64,000 nt of DNA from Octopus sinensis (taxonomy: Eukaryota), in NCBI RefSeq assembly GCF_006345805.1, contig NC_043009.1:29326001-29390000 (forward strand), in the 5' to 3' direction. Under the pieces are notes generated by a model. It worked only from the letters and a program-made list of their open reading frames with translations, was not told the origin of the DNA and did no database searches. How positions within the stretch are numbered: the stretch's first letter is position 1; each line of letters starts with the position of its first letter. The position numbers and the translations under genes were made by a program. This document shows positions 24,046 through 38,910 of the stretch, one piece after another.

Positions 24046-24290
24046 CGCCTTGTGAAATTAATGTGAAAGTGGCTGGGTACTCCCTAGATACGTGCACCCT
24101 TAATGTAGTTCTCAGGGAGATTCAGCATGACACAGAATGTGACAAGGATGGCCCCTTTGTAATTACAGGTGCAACTCGATTTTGTTAACTGAGAGGGCAG
24201 GAGTGACGTGAAATAAAGTGTCTTGCTCAAGGACTCATGATCTCACATTCATGAGTAGAATACCCTAACCACTGGGCCATGTGTCTGCAC
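24046..24290 (-). mobile_element. tRNA/CORE-type SINE family D fragment
   Basis: 24046-24180 is the reverse complement of 31950-32080. The head/CORE part gtgtcttgctcaagg...ctaaccactgggcca resembles 40830-40980. Confidence 0.6.
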
Positions 24291-25019
24291 CACATCTGTA
24301 TAACCATGCAGACCACTGCTGTACCAATGCAATTGCATAAGTGATTAAAAACAATTCCTAGTTACTGTTTACTCTTGGCAGGTTTCCCTACTTCAGTGAA
24401 CTGTGCCTCTACATCTCTGCATGGAATTTAACCGCAGAGTCTCCAAAGAGAAACTTTAAAAGGTACAACTACACTGATATTGGGCCCTGGATGGGGTGAG
24501 TTGGAGCAGGTTGTTCATTCAAAATTCAAAGGGTGTACAAGAAATTATTCAAAAGTAAGGGCTCTTCTAGAACCTACGGCTGCCACATTGTCCCCCAAGG
24601 CCCCAGAACAAGGAACTGTTTGGTCTCTATGCTTTTCCAGATGCCCTGAATTAATAGCAAATATGTTCCCTGTCTGACATGATACGGTGTCAGTGGTAGG
24701 ATAACAATCATGGACCATTCTTCTCCCATTAGGCTGATGTTCTGTCAACATCAACTGTTGTTCACAATAATAAATGGCTCACCATCATCTTGGAACACAA
24801 TCCATTGTGCTTCTTAGACTTGTGGGGTGCATGGCAACCTCAGTTCTGCTTCTGCACAAAAAAAGTACCCAGTCCATGATGAGAAGTGGTTGGCAATAGG
24901 AGGGGTGTTCAGCCATAGAAACCCTGTCAAAGCAGATAGTGGAGCATGGGGCAGTCCTCGGACTCATCAGATCCAATCGAACCATTCAACATATGCTGGC
25001 CTGGAATGTGGATGTTAAA

Positions 25020-25895
25020 TGATGATGATGATGTGGAGGAGGAGGAGGATGGGAATGAGGAGGGGATGATATGATGAGGATTACGATGATGATGATGATA
25101 AGGATGGGGATGATGATGTTGATGAAAAGGAAGAAGAGGACGAGGATGATGATGAAGAGGTGGAAGAGGAGAAGGAGCAGGAGGAGGATGATGATAAAGA
25201 TGAAGATAATGATGATGAAGAAGAGGAGGAGGAGGATGACGGGGATGATGATGATGATGATGAGAAGGAGGAGGAGATTGATGAGGATGATGATGATGAT
25301 GTCGATGATGATGAAGAGGAAGGTGAGGATGATGATGATGAGGTGGAGAAGGAGGTGGAGGATAAGGAGATGGAGGAGAAGGAGCAGGAGCAGGAACAGA
25401 AAGATGATGATGATGGTGATGATGATAAGGATGAGTGTGATGATGATGATGATGCTGATAATGATGATGATGATGATGATGATGATGGTGGTGGTGATGA
25501 GGATAATGCGGAGGAGGAGGAGGAGGAGGAGGAGGAAGGATGACAAGGTGGATGATGATGATGAAGATGAGGTGGATGATGATAATGATGGATATAAGGA
25601 TGATGATGATGAGGTGGAGAAGGAGGTGGAGGATAAGGAGATGGAGGAGAAGGAGCAGGAGCAGGAACAGAAAGATGATGATGATGGTGATGATGATAAG
25701 GATGAGTGTGATGATGATGATGATGCTGATAATGATGATGATGATGATGATGATGGTGGTGGTGATGAGGATAATGCGGAGGAGGAGGAGGAGGAGGAAG
25801 GATGACAAGGTGGATGATGATGATGAAGATGAGGTGGATGATGATAAGATGGAGATAAGGATGATGATGATGATGTTGATTTGGATGAGGAGGAT
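25020..25895. repeat. GAT/GGA low-complexity tract containing a ~271-bp direct duplication
   Basis: gaggtggagaaggaggtggaggataaggagatgg... occurs at 25340 and 25611. Confidence 0.85.
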
Positions 25896-26054
25896 GAACA
25901 CCTCATTTGTTCTTTTTCCATGCTAGTATGGATGGCACAAAGATCAATTTGAGGGCCGGATTTAACAATCAGATGCTGTTCTTCTCAACTTTTATCTCTT
26001 TCTCAAATAATCTCAATAAAGAGCCATGATTTTCTGCCTTCTGATCAGTCATCG

Positions 26055-26372
26055 TGTATTTAGGACTACATTATTTTTTGTGCTCTTCCATTTTAATGAA
26101 TAGTAAACTTCTCTTTCTAACAATGATCATCAATTTTATATCTAGGCATAGAGTATCTTGGGCTACATTGTATTGTGTGTTCATCCATCTTAAGTCAAAG
26201 AAAAGTTCTATTTCTAACAATGAATCAGCCATGATGACTCATTTTATATCTGAGCCCAGTGTAGCTAGGACTACATTATCTTATGTATTCTTACATTTTA
26301 ATGATTAATCATTTTCTATTTCTGGTTTTAGCAATGATCATCCATTTTATATTCAGTCACAATGTATCTAGT
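26055..26372. repeat. Old ~100-105-bp minisatellite, ~3 degenerate units
   Basis: The motif (g/a)gtgtat.taggactacatt...aacaatgatcatc.attttatatc recurs near 26055, 26150, 26258 and 26362. Confidence 0.6.
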
Positions 26373-27490
26373 TATATTTATGGCTTTAAAAGATTGTAGA
26401 GCGCTACTTCTAAAGAAATCTGACAACCATATCAAGGTTTATTCATTGGATCAATAAAAGTTGAGTTTGATCTTTGAAGGATTTAGAAAATTTCATCAAC
26501 TTCTGGCAAAAATAAGCTTCAGTGGTTTACTATTTCCTGCTTAGTATCTTTAGCTGGACTTGAACTCAAGTCTTCAAGATAACAAGACATTACAAAATTT
26601 CGGTGTTCAGAAGGGCATCCTGCTTTGGAAACCATGCTGGAACAGACAATGGGGCCTCATGTAGCCCTTGGCTTTATCAGTTCTAGTCAAACCATCAAAC
26701 ACATGCCAGCATGGAAAATGGACATTAGATGATGTTCATGATGATGATGATTTGTTGCCTCCAGTTGTAAACTATACCTACTCATGATACCTATTTATTA
26801 TAAAGTGAATTGAGGCAGCCAAAATTGTTTCTATTTTAGGCATATAACCAGCAATTTTGAAGGATTTAGTGGATGCAATCAACCTGAGTTCTTGACTGTT
26901 ATTTCATCTTATTGATCCTGGGAGAAGGAAAAAGAAAAATATTGATTCCCGTAAGTTTTAAATGCAAAATATAAACAGCTAGCAGAAATATTATTTGATG
27001 TTTTGTCTGATGTTCTTATGATTCTGTTGATCTCCCATTCTTGAGCTAACCAAAATTAGTAGCATGAAAATAGTGAGGCTGAAACTGGCTATCCTGGTTT
27101 TATTTATCTAAGACACTCTGACGAGAGAGCACAAATATGTTGTTTTGCTCCTTCTTTGAACAGCAAAGCATTAACCACTCAAATGCTCTTTTGTCATTAA
27201 TGTAAAATTCTTTGCCAACAAACTATCAAGTTTGTTTAGAACTGACAAAATAGAATAGTCCGAAACATGACAAAACTTATTTTCCTTTCCTTAAATATAT
27301 AAATTAACTTTAAGATATTAATTCTTAATTTCATGAAATTAACTCTTTTCTTTTCTTGGTGAATTTCTAATAATTTCCCCCAGGATGTTGTCTCAATTGC
27401 TTATGATTTCATTTCCTATATACCTAATTAGATGTTATGTAAATCCATTTTTAACTTAATTATACAGATAATAAGAGCCTTCATTTGCAG

Positions 27491-27558
27491 ATGGACTAAG
27501 CAGAGCAAGAGCACACACGAGGATGGGAAGTGTCACGGAAGAGGCCACAAATGTGTGA
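27491..27558 (+). CDS. Candidate terminal coding exon (D)GLSRARAHTRMGSVTEEATNV*
   Basis: Acceptor ccttcatttgcag at 27490, open frame to TGA 27556-58, GC-richer than its flanks, followed by unique UTR-like sequence. No homology recognised. Confidence 0.3.
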
Positions 27559-28571
27559 CGAAAGATAGACAGATAATACTCCATCAACTTAATGACTTAA
27601 CTATGCATGTTTCTTTTCTTCAAAGTCTTGCTCTGTTTATCAGTACTGTTATGTAACTGAAAACTGTATATTTGGATTCCCTTGTGTCGTTTCTACCAGA
27701 TTCTTACTCTAGTGAAACAGTTCTATGTATTAATATCACTGAGAATTGTGTATTTGGATTTTCTTGTGGCATTTCCGTTAGATATCTTAATATATGCCCC
27801 AAACTAGTTCTTCACTTGAAGAATTTCTGCAAAATAGGATATTTCTTGGTTCTTGCTGGCAAGTAAAAGACATCTGATACCGCAACACAGCTAATATCTG
27901 AATCAGCCTGTATTCCTTAATCTCAAAGAATATCTGTGAGTGCTGAAATGATGCCAATGGTGTGATGCCTTGTTTCTCATTTGTAGGGAATTTTCTAGAC
28001 AGCAGGCAATGTTATCTTATCAAAGAATTTGCATAACGACTGGGAAAAATTGATGAAAAATAAGAACAGGCAAGCTAATTTGTTGTGAAGGAACGGTAAT
28101 GAGTGACAAAGTCTTTGATCTGTCAGATAAAACTGGGAACTGAGATCGATAGAAGCACAGAGCAAAAAGAAAGACAGGAAGATATAGAGAGATAAAGAGA
28201 GAAAAAGGAAGATAGAGAGAGAAATGGACAGAGAGAGAGTGATAGAGAAAGAAAGAAAGGAAGAAAGAAAGAAAGAAAGAAAGAGCACATGCAACAGCAA
28301 AAGTAGCAGTGACAGATAATATGGGAAGACATCGTTTTGTTTATTTTTTCTTTTTTAAATGTTTTTGGTTTATTTTTATTTCAATTTTCTTTTTCGCTCG
28401 CTATTTTGATTTATAATAACGTTCATTTTCAATATTTATAATTGGATGGCTGTTTTGAACAGGTATCCAATTATAAAATTGAACACTTATTGAACAGGTA
28501 TCTAATATGTGGGAGAATAGATTGCGTCTCCAACTTGTTGCTATGAAAGTTATTTTATGATATTTTAACAG

Positions 28572-28619
28572 TTCATGGTTAGCTCAGCATTAGCAGGATT
28601 ATATTCCGGTGCTATAATG
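28572..28619 (+). CDS. Candidate 48-nt internal exon FMVSSALAGLYSGAIM (hydrophobic)
   Basis: Acceptor tattttaacag, donor ATG/gtaatg, phase 0/0. No homology recognised. Confidence 0.2.
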
Positions 28620-29379
28620 GTAATGGCAAAGACAGAAATTCATCATCATCATCATTGTCATAACATCACCATCATTACCAACATCCTCATCTTTATCATC
28701 CTCATCCTCCTCCTCATCATCATCATCTTCACCATCATCATCATCATCTTCATCATCATCTTCACCACCATCACCACCACAACCACCAATAAAAGGGCCA
28801 ATATCATGGCCCTTTATTGTCATACCTTCATTTTCCTTTCTTTATTCCATGCTGGCTCTGGCTCTGGCTGCAAACGTTTCCACAATCTGGGTTAGTTCTT
28901 ATAACAAATTACTACCCTTCTAGAAGGATCTGGGGAACCACATCTCATCTGCGAGTTCCAATTTTGGCATGGTTTCTACTTGTGAATATCCTTCCTGTCA
29001 CCAGCCACTTAAAACAAAAAGTACTGGATGACTTTTATCATGGCACCAGCATCAGAGAGGTTGTCACGTTGTTGACATGACTAAGGAACACTCTTTACTC
29101 CATGTTGTCTCTGTTCCTTCATATTTTAAGCATTAAAAAAGTCAACAAAACTGAGGATTCTCTTTCTTTCTATGTTGTTACAATTGTAGACAAAAAGTTT
29201 TGTCTACACATCTTTGGGTGGTCGGATGAAGGGTTGACAGTTCTGGTTGTTGCATTGTTTTGGCAGAATTATATGATGGATGTGCGAGGGTTCTGAATGT
29301 AAGATCAACAACAGGAGGAAATGTGTTACGAGATATTTAGCTGCTACTTTGAGCAAATCAAGAAGGGTTAGAAACTACA

Positions 29380-29900
29380 ATGAGAAAGAGAAAGTGAATG
29401 AAGAAGGAAATGAAGAGGGAAAATGAGAAGAGGAGGAGGGGAATGGAGAAGAAGGTAATGACTAGGAAGAAGGAGAAGGAGGAGGAGAGGAGGGTGAGGA
29501 GAAGGTGGAGAAGAAGAAGAAGAAGAAGAAGAAGAGAAGGAGAGAAGGAGAGGAGAAGAAGAAGAAGAAGAGAAGAGAAGAGAAGGAGAGGAGAAGAAGA
29601 AGAAGAAGAAGAAGAAGAAGAAGAAGAGAAGGAGAGGAGAGGAGAATAATAATAATAAGAAGAAGAAGAGAAGGAGAGAAGGAGAGGAGAAGAAGAAGAA
29701 GAAGAAGGAGGAGAGAAGAAGAGAGAGAAGAAGAAGAAGAAGAAGAAGAATGTGTTAGGAGTAAACAACAAAAAAGAAAAGAATAAGTCGGATTAATGAG
29801 TGTATGAAAAAGGAGAAGAGAAGAAAAAGGAGAAGACAAGCTGAAGAAGAAGATGAGAAAGAAAAGTGTGAGGAGGAAGAGGAGGAGGCGGAGGAAGAGG
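29380..29900. repeat. GAA/GGA purine-rich low-complexity tract
   Basis: Direct inspection. Confidence 0.9.
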
Positions 29901-30494
29901 AAGCAACATGAAAACTGGCCTCAGTGCATTTCCATTTCTGCTGTACTTTTTCTTGGCAAAGCTTTGTAGATCAAACATTCGATTCTAACCATGGCAGAGC
30001 AATTGTCGGTGCTTTATTTTTACATATGACATTAATTGGTCATTTCTGAAGGCTGACACCTCTTATTTTCCTATATTCTTATTCATCTTTATATTCCAGC
30101 ATGACAAAATAAAAAAAAAGAAAAACAGACAAAAGAAAAAGGAATGAAAGAGAGGAAATATCCATTTCTACTGAACAAAGACTAAATATAGAGAAAGAAC
30201 GACATCATCTGGAGAATTAACATATATTAGTGACAACTGCATAGTATTAGCTGATCCAAAGACCAAGTTTTCATTGATGCCGATAATAGTAATGTGAATT
30301 ATAGTCATGATTCTAATGTCACTAAAGCATGTAGCAATGACTTTCACTTCTCTCTTCTTCCCTGAATGGATAACTACCATTATAAATTACTAAGAAAATA
30401 AGCACCAGTTGAACAGTAGGGTTGATGTAATAAACTTACACCACAAACTCTCACCTCTCCCACACTTGCTGCTCTTGTGGCAAAATCTGAAGCC

Positions 30495-31620
<1,126 letters not shown>

Positions 31621-31702
31621 ATAATTATTATTATTATTGTGAAAGCACAATTATTATTGTTGTTGTTGTTGTTATTATCATTATTATTATTATTATAATT
31701 AC

Positions 31703-31754
<52 letters not shown>

Positions 31755-31755
<1 letters not shown>

Positions 31756-32128
31756 CGATGGTTAAGGCAGTGAATTTGAGGTCGTAGGATTACAGTTTCG
31801 ATTTCCAGACTGGGCAGTGTGAGTGTTTATTGAGTGAAAACAAGGCTCTGCCAGTGGAGGGGGAGGGGGTGATCCTTGCTACATTCTTTCAGGCCTTGTA
31901 CCTCCAAATTTCTCTCACTCTTTCTTCCTGTTTCTGCTGTACCTGTATTTCAAAGGGCCAGCCTTGTCACACTCTGTGACCCATGAATCTCCCCGAGAAT
32001 TACATTAAGGGTACACGTGTCTGTGGAGTGCTCAGCCACATGCACGTTAATTTCACAAGCAGGCTACTCCATTGATTAGATCAATTTGAACCCTCTTCAT
32101 CGTAACCGACAGAGTGCTATGATTATTA
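31755..32128 (+). mobile_element. SINE family D copy
   Basis: tRNA-like head ccgatggttaaggcagtg...gtttcgatttcc. The body gggccagccttgtcacac...gtggagtgctcagccac...gatcaatttgaaccc is shared with 24046-24180 and 63855-63945. Confidence 0.65.
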
Positions 32129-32377
32129 GTATTACTATATAAAGTGGTTAGCTGGCAGAATTGTTGACATGTTGGACAAAATGCTTTGTGGTTTTTCTTG
32201 TGACACTTTATATCCTGAGTTCAATTCCCTCTGAAATCAACTTTTTCTTTCTTTTCTTTGGGGGTCTATAAAATAAAGTACCAATTGAATGCTGGAATCA
32301 ACATAATAAACTGGACCCCTTCCCCACAAGATTTCAGGTCCTGTAATAGCTTACAGTAGAAAAAAAATCATTATTAT

Positions 32378-32915
32378 TACTATTGCCTTTGCACAGCTTC
32401 TAATTTTCTGTATGTTATATATATTTGCAATTTTCTGTATGTTATATATATTTGTAAGTCCTGGTGTTTTTGTTATGTATTTGTCTGGATATTTTTTCTT
32501 ATCATACCTAATGCACTGACTATGATAGGAATTGTTTCTGTTTTTAGATTCCACATTCGAGTTACCTCTATTTCCAGGTCTTTGTATTTTGAAAGTTCCT
32601 CCATTTCTTTTAGAGAAACGTTGTCATCTGCTGGTATTGATACATCAATTAGAAAGCGTTTTTTCTTCATGATCTCTGACAACTATATCAGGCCCATTGG
32701 CCTTAATTTCTCTATCTGTGTGTATCGGCATATCCCAGAGTATGGTTGCTTTCTCGTTTTCTGTGACCTTTTCTGGTGTGTACCTATACCATCTATTTTC
32801 TGTTGTTATTCCATAGTGTTGGCATAGCTTCCAGTGTATGTAGGTCCCAACTCTGTTGTGTCTGTGAATATATTCCTTCTTAGCCAGAACTGGGCAGCCA
32901 GAGATAACATAATTT
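32378..32915 (-). mobile_element. 5'-truncated non-LTR retrotransposon 3' end with restriction-like endonuclease (R4/Dong-like)
   Basis: Minus strand translates to SGCPVLAKKEYIHRHNRVGTYIHWKLC...WDMPIHTDREIKANRPDIVV and LIDVSIPADDNVSLKEMEELSKYKDLEIEVTRMWNLKTETIPIIVSALG (PD-(D/E)xK RLE). Flanked by TAA repeats on both sides. Confidence 0.85.
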
Positions 32916-33009
32916 ATTGTTTCTTGCCCATTATTATTATTATATCATCATCATCATCATCATCATCATCATCGTCGTCGTCATTATCATCATCATCATC
33001 ATCATCATT

Positions 33010-33605
33010 AACCAGCTGGACGAAATACTTTGTGGCTTTTTTAACAACTCTGCTCTGAGTTCAAATGCTGCCAAAGTCGACATTGCTTTCATCCTTCAGA
33101 GTTAATAAAATGAAGTACTGATGTGCTTGATTAAACCCCACCACCTAAAATTCCTGGCCTTGTACCAAAATTTCATGCCATTATTATAATTATGTGATGG
33201 TAAGGCAGGAAGCTGGCAGCATTGTTAGCATGCCAGGCTCACCAGCATTTTACCCATCTTCACATTCTGAGTTCCAATTCTGCCGGAATCAATTTTGTCT
33301 TTTAGCCTTTTAGAATTGGTAAAAAAAGGATCAGCTGAGTACCAGGGTTGAGTTAATCCCTCTCCCAAAATTGCATCAAAGTTTGAAACCATTATTAAGG
33401 TGCCAAGTGGGTGGGAACAATGAATAGAACACTTAGCAGTATTTCGTCCATCTTTACATTCGGCTTTCAAATTCCACCAAGGTTGACCCTACCTTTTATC
33501 CTTCCTGGGTCTATAGAATAAGTAGCAGTCAAGTACTGGGTTCGATGGGATCGATTTGCCCCTCCCTTCAAAATGTACAAGCCTTGTGCCTACAGTAGAA
33601 AAGAT
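33010..33605 (+). mobile_element. Chain of 3 diverged family B SINE copies
   Basis: Repeated ctgagttc(a/c)aattc...gcc/tctttcatcc...agtac motifs. Confidence 0.7.
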
Positions 33606-35844
33606 TGTTATGCCTGTTTTGTGTCTATATGAAATTTCAGATTACTGGATGTTTTCGGAATCACAATAGGACCACTTCTGTTTTGAAACCTCTCTCCATG
33701 AATTTATTCCTTACAAACAGAATAAACACATTTTCTTTGATGAAAAGAAATTTTGACTGAAGTAGCATTTCTTCTGATAATTTTCTAATCAAATGTAGAG
33801 AGGTCTCTTGGAGATATTAAAATCTTTCTTTCTTGGCACACAAACTTATCCATAATTAAGAATTTTATTGAATTGACTTTTACAGATGCTGACCATTAAT
33901 AGTTTCATGTAGAGACTGGTGGTATCATGGAATACCCAGATTTGTGGCCCATTCACACCCACCCTCTATCAGCCCTTCCATTCACTCACAGAATTCACAC
34001 TCAAGATATTTCTTCATCTTTTATTGTTTTGACAACCAAAATGGTAACACAAATTCCCCTTCTACATTCCCAGACAAAGGGAAATGCTAGAAAATTTTAA
34101 TTTAGACCCTTCATTTTTCAAGGCATTGGAATTTGTAAAATTCTTCTGAAGGTGAAGAATTTGCTGAGTTGTTAGAACACTAGATAGAATGGTTTGTAGT
34201 ATTTGTTTCATCCCTGTGCATTCTGAATTGAAATCCCACTGTAAGTTATCCTTCTGGGGCCAATAAATGAAGTATGAGCCAAGTCTTAGAAGAATCTTCT
34301 CCTTCCACTCCTCTCTCCTTCCTCGTTCCACTCTTCTCTGTCTGTCTGCCTATATGCCTGTCTGTCTGTCTCTCTCTCTCATTCTGTCTCTGTCTGTCTG
34401 TCTATCTCTCTCTCATTTTGTCTCTCTCTGTCTGTCTATCTCTCTCTCATTCTGTCTCTGTCTGTCTGTCTATCTCTCTCTCATTCTGTCTCTGTCTGTC
34501 TGTCTGTCTCTCTTTCTTGAACTAAGTTACAATGCACTGTAAGAAGGGTTGAGTGGGGGACTACTTACAATGGTCAGCACTGAGAAGGGTTGAGCAAAGA
34601 GCTACTAGTCCCTTCACAAAGAATGAGCGATATATTATCAGAACCATTTGAAGACAAACCAATTAGGTAATATAGCATGAAATGGAAATAAAGAAAAAAA
34701 AACACAAAGAAACACTTCCATAAAGTTTTCTATGGACTAAATGCTACCGAAAAAGCACACCTTCTTCACCCACCAATTTCCTCACCAATTCCAGATTTTA
34801 CCCATTAATAGTTTCTTTAGACTCTGGCAGTGCCATTGTCTATGAATTTATTGTAGTTCTATCTGGCATTCCCATGACTGATGTGAAATAAGTAGCTCCA
34901 TCATCTAGCGACTCAATATGTCACTGTATTCCACCACTCCTTACTGCTCTCTCTCTCTCTGTCTGTCTTTCTCTGTTTAACTCTATTCAAGCTAGATCTA
35001 AAGCTTAATAAAGCTCACTTAATCAATAATCAAATACTTGTCAGTTATTCAAGAGACCCTCTAATCACACCAACATTTGCTTAGTCAGTGGGTCGGTATT
35101 GAATGTCACTCTAATTGGTTTGAACGTCGTCATCATCATCATCATCACTATCACCACCACCACCACCACCATCATCATCGTCGTCGTCATCGTCATCACT
35201 ATTATCACTATCACCACCACCACCATTATCATCATCATCATCATTACTGTCATCATCGTCGTCATCATCGTCATTGTCGTCATCATCATCGTCATCATCA
35301 TTATCGTCATCGCAATCAATAATAACCTATGTTCAGTTATAACAGACATTCCTACAAAAGATAAACACGGAGTATATCTATAAACACACATACAAAACGA
35401 AATATGCTAAGATACCAACGGGTATATCTATCTTTCTACCAACCTCTCTATCAATATATATGTGTGTGTGTGTGTGTGTGTGTTTGCATGTGCATGTGCA
35501 TGTATACACATATATATATGCACACACACACACATATACAAACATATACGAATATATAAATATATATGTGTATTCTTTAGCTTGCTTCAGTCATTGGATT
35601 GCAGCCATGCTGGAGCACCACCTTAAGGGTTTAAGTCAAACTAATCACTTACATTTGAGTAATGACCCATTCATGCTCAACTTTACATAGATGATATCTT
35701 AAGTATTGAGTAATTATTTTGCTTAATTGAATTTCACACTAATGGGAAACCACTGTATGTATGTATATACGTGTTTATGTATGTATGTATGTATGAATGT
35801 ATGTGTCTATGTGTGTGTGTGTGTGTGTATGTCATCATCGTCAT

Positions 35845-36330
35845 TATCATCATCATCTAACGTCCGTTGTCCAGACTTGCATGGGTTGGACGGTTTGACC
35901 AGGCTAGCACCCTGGAAGGCTGGATGACCTTCATAATGCCAACCACTCAGAGAGTACAATGAGTGCTTTTACATGCCACTAGCACAGATGCCATTTGCAT
36001 GACATGGGTGTGTTTATGTGCCACTGGCAAGGGTGCCAATTTGTGTGATACCACTATCTGCCACGACTGCGCTTTTGCTGGGCTTAATGGGTCTTCTTCT
36101 CAATCATGATATAATGCCAAAGGTCTTTGTCATTGTCTCCTTGAGGCCCAGCACTCGAAAGGAACTCAGCCACTTTACCTCTATGAGGCCCAACGCTTGA
36201 AAGGAACCCAGCCACTTTGCCTCCATGAAGCTAAACACTTGAAAGGAACTCAGCCACTTTGCCTCTATGAGGCCCAATGCTTGAAAGGAATTCATCCACT
36301 TTGCTTCCGTGAGACCCAGCACTCAAAAGA
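35845..36330 (-). mobile_element. Family C-related element with 42-bp tandem array (36143-36329, ~4.4 units)
   Basis: The (CAT)n-ctaacgtccgtt...catgggttggacgg end is present; unit gaggcccagcactcgaaaggaactcagccactttacctctat. Confidence 0.7.
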
Positions 36331-37880
36331 AGTTATGTATGTATTTCATTATTCCCACAGACAAATATGATGGCATATCATTTCCTTTGGTACACCAAAG
36401 AGAAAAGAAGTTGTGTGCTGGGGAATTTCCTGTAGTTAAAGTCCTTCCCTTTATTAGGATTTTGGTGTAGGTAAAGGTGACCAGCTGGCAGAACTGTTAG
36501 CATGCTAGGTAAAACACTTCAGGTTCTGAGTTCAAATTCCACCAAGGTTGTCTTTGCCTTTTATCCTTTTGGAGATGACAAAATAAGAACCAGTTGATTA
36601 CTGGGGTCGATGTAATTGACTTAACCCTCCCCAGAAATTGCTAGCCTTGTGTTAAAATTTGAAACCAATATTTTGTTGTATGTTGGGGAAGACATTCATC
36701 ATCATCATCATCATTGTTTAACGTCTGTTTTCCATGCTGGCATGGGTTGGACAGTTTGACTGGGGTCTGGGAAGCCAGGAGGCTGCACCAGGCTCCAGTC
36801 TGATCTAGCAGTATTTCTACAGCTGTATGCCCTTCCTATCGCCAACCACCCGGTGATTGTAGTGGGTGCTTTTTACGTGCCACCGTACAGAGGTCAAGGT
36901 GGCACTTTTTAAAAAAAGTGGGCATAAATGCCAGTGTATGGACACAGTCAGAACGACTGCTGTATCCCACCATCCTTGTTGGCCACAACTTTGTAGTCTC
37001 TGTTGCAGCTGTCTATGTTACATCTTTACAGCTGTTTCAGAGTTCAAAAAGCATTGAGCAGCAGTCAAGATTTTGACATTTTGATTCCAGGGATGAATCA
37101 CCAGGTTACAGGCAACTTTTCGTCGGTATTCCCATAACTTCCAGCCCTCCATATCAGCTAGATTTTACTCAACTACAACTTTGAGATTTATGCTCTCCAA
37201 CGTTCTTGACTGTTCAATAATATATCAAGATGTTCTGAAATTTAACCCGAACACACTGCACACACACACACACACACACACTCATACACACTTACACACA
37301 CACTCACACACATATGCACACTCACTCACACACGCACACTCACACACACACACACACACTCACACACACACACACACACTCACACACACACATAATGTGT
37401 CAGTGCCATGTAAAAAAGCACCCAGCACACTTTCTAAAGTGGTCAGATTTAAGAAGGGCCATCCAGCTGTAGAAACCTAAACAAATCGGACGGAAACCTG
37501 GTGCAGCTCTCCGACTTGCCAGCTCTGGTCAAACCGTCTAACCCATGCCAGCATGGAAAACAGACGTTAAGGGATGATGATGATGGTGATTGAAAAGTTT
37601 TTTGTAACAAATACTTGATAGAGTAACAACATTTAAAGAAGCAGTTTCTTAAATGTTGAACAACGAAAGTGCTTACACATAATAGACATGGCACAAAATC
37701 TTCTCTCCAAAAGGTTTGTGACATACTGTTTTTCCAAAAATGTTTTTTCAATACCTAATAATTTTTAAGAAATGTTTCTTCACACACACACACAGACATA
37801 TATATATATATATATGGATTGATGATATCGATATAGATAAAGCTAAAAATACATTCACATATGCATATGTGATTATATAT

Positions 37881-37923
<43 letters not shown>

Positions 37924-38294
37924 ATATATATATGAATAATTGTGTATACACATGTACATATATAAATATATATTCATGCATATATATATATAATATATGT
38001 ATTATGTGTATATATGTGTGTGTGTGTTTATATGTGCATGTATGCATTTATATATATATATATATATATGTATGTATATGTATATACACATGCACACATA
38101 CATACACACATGTATATAAACACATAATATATATATATAGTTATTTATTTATAAACAAACATCTAATATTGTTATCTATATTCCAACATATAATCTTTTC
38201 TTCACCCTGGCACTGATATATTCCGACACCATCAGTACGGTAAGTACGACTCGTTAGATAATGACAGAGCAAAATATAACAAAAGATTTTATGC

Positions 38295-38326
<32 letters not shown>

Positions 38327-38603
38327 AAAGTAATATGAAAATCCAAAGCAAAACAAACAAATAAAAGGAAAGAAGAAGAAACAAAAATGCAAACAGAAAA
38401 CAAAATACTCAAAAATAGTATAAAAAGAAACTGAAAGAAGATAAAAGTAAATCAAATCAGATATTTCCCAGAAGACAACAGTAACTTCCTCCCATCTGTC
38501 CTAATCTACAGCAGTAGCGCCAGAGTATCAATACTATTACATTTCCTCCTTTACCGATTCCATTGTTTTCATGTCACTAATGGGTTCTGTTACATTAAGA
38601 ATC

Positions 38604-38634
<31 letters not shown>

Positions 38635-38869
38635 ATGTGTGTGTGTGTGTGTGAATGTATGTCCCTGTTAGTGTTTGTGTGTGTGTGTGTGTGTATGAGA
38701 GTATTGCAAGATTGATGTATTTTTTTTCATACTGAGACCAAAAATGTTTTTGGATATAAACACACGCACATGCACACATATACATAAGTGCATACACAAA
38801 CACACACACACGTGCATGTGTGTATATGTGTATATACTTATACATATACGTTTGAAAGATATACAATAC

Positions 38870-38910
<41 letters not shown>

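Noticed and set aside
24927-25921. Long ORFs (324, 311, 244 aa) and similar poly-I/M/H/Y/C/V ORFs across the window
   Set aside because: They are translations of trinucleotide and dinucleotide microsatellites, open in several frames and on both strands.
27107-27170. CTGACGA followed by gagca/tgctc stem as a possible hammerhead
   Set aside because: No GAAA directly after the stem, and no stem I or III.
38141-38270. Strong donor CG/gtaagt at ~38240 and minus-strand GIYQC Ig-like motif
   Set aside because: No good acceptor on +, the Ig motif lacks the conserved D, and the segments are too short to distinguish from chance.
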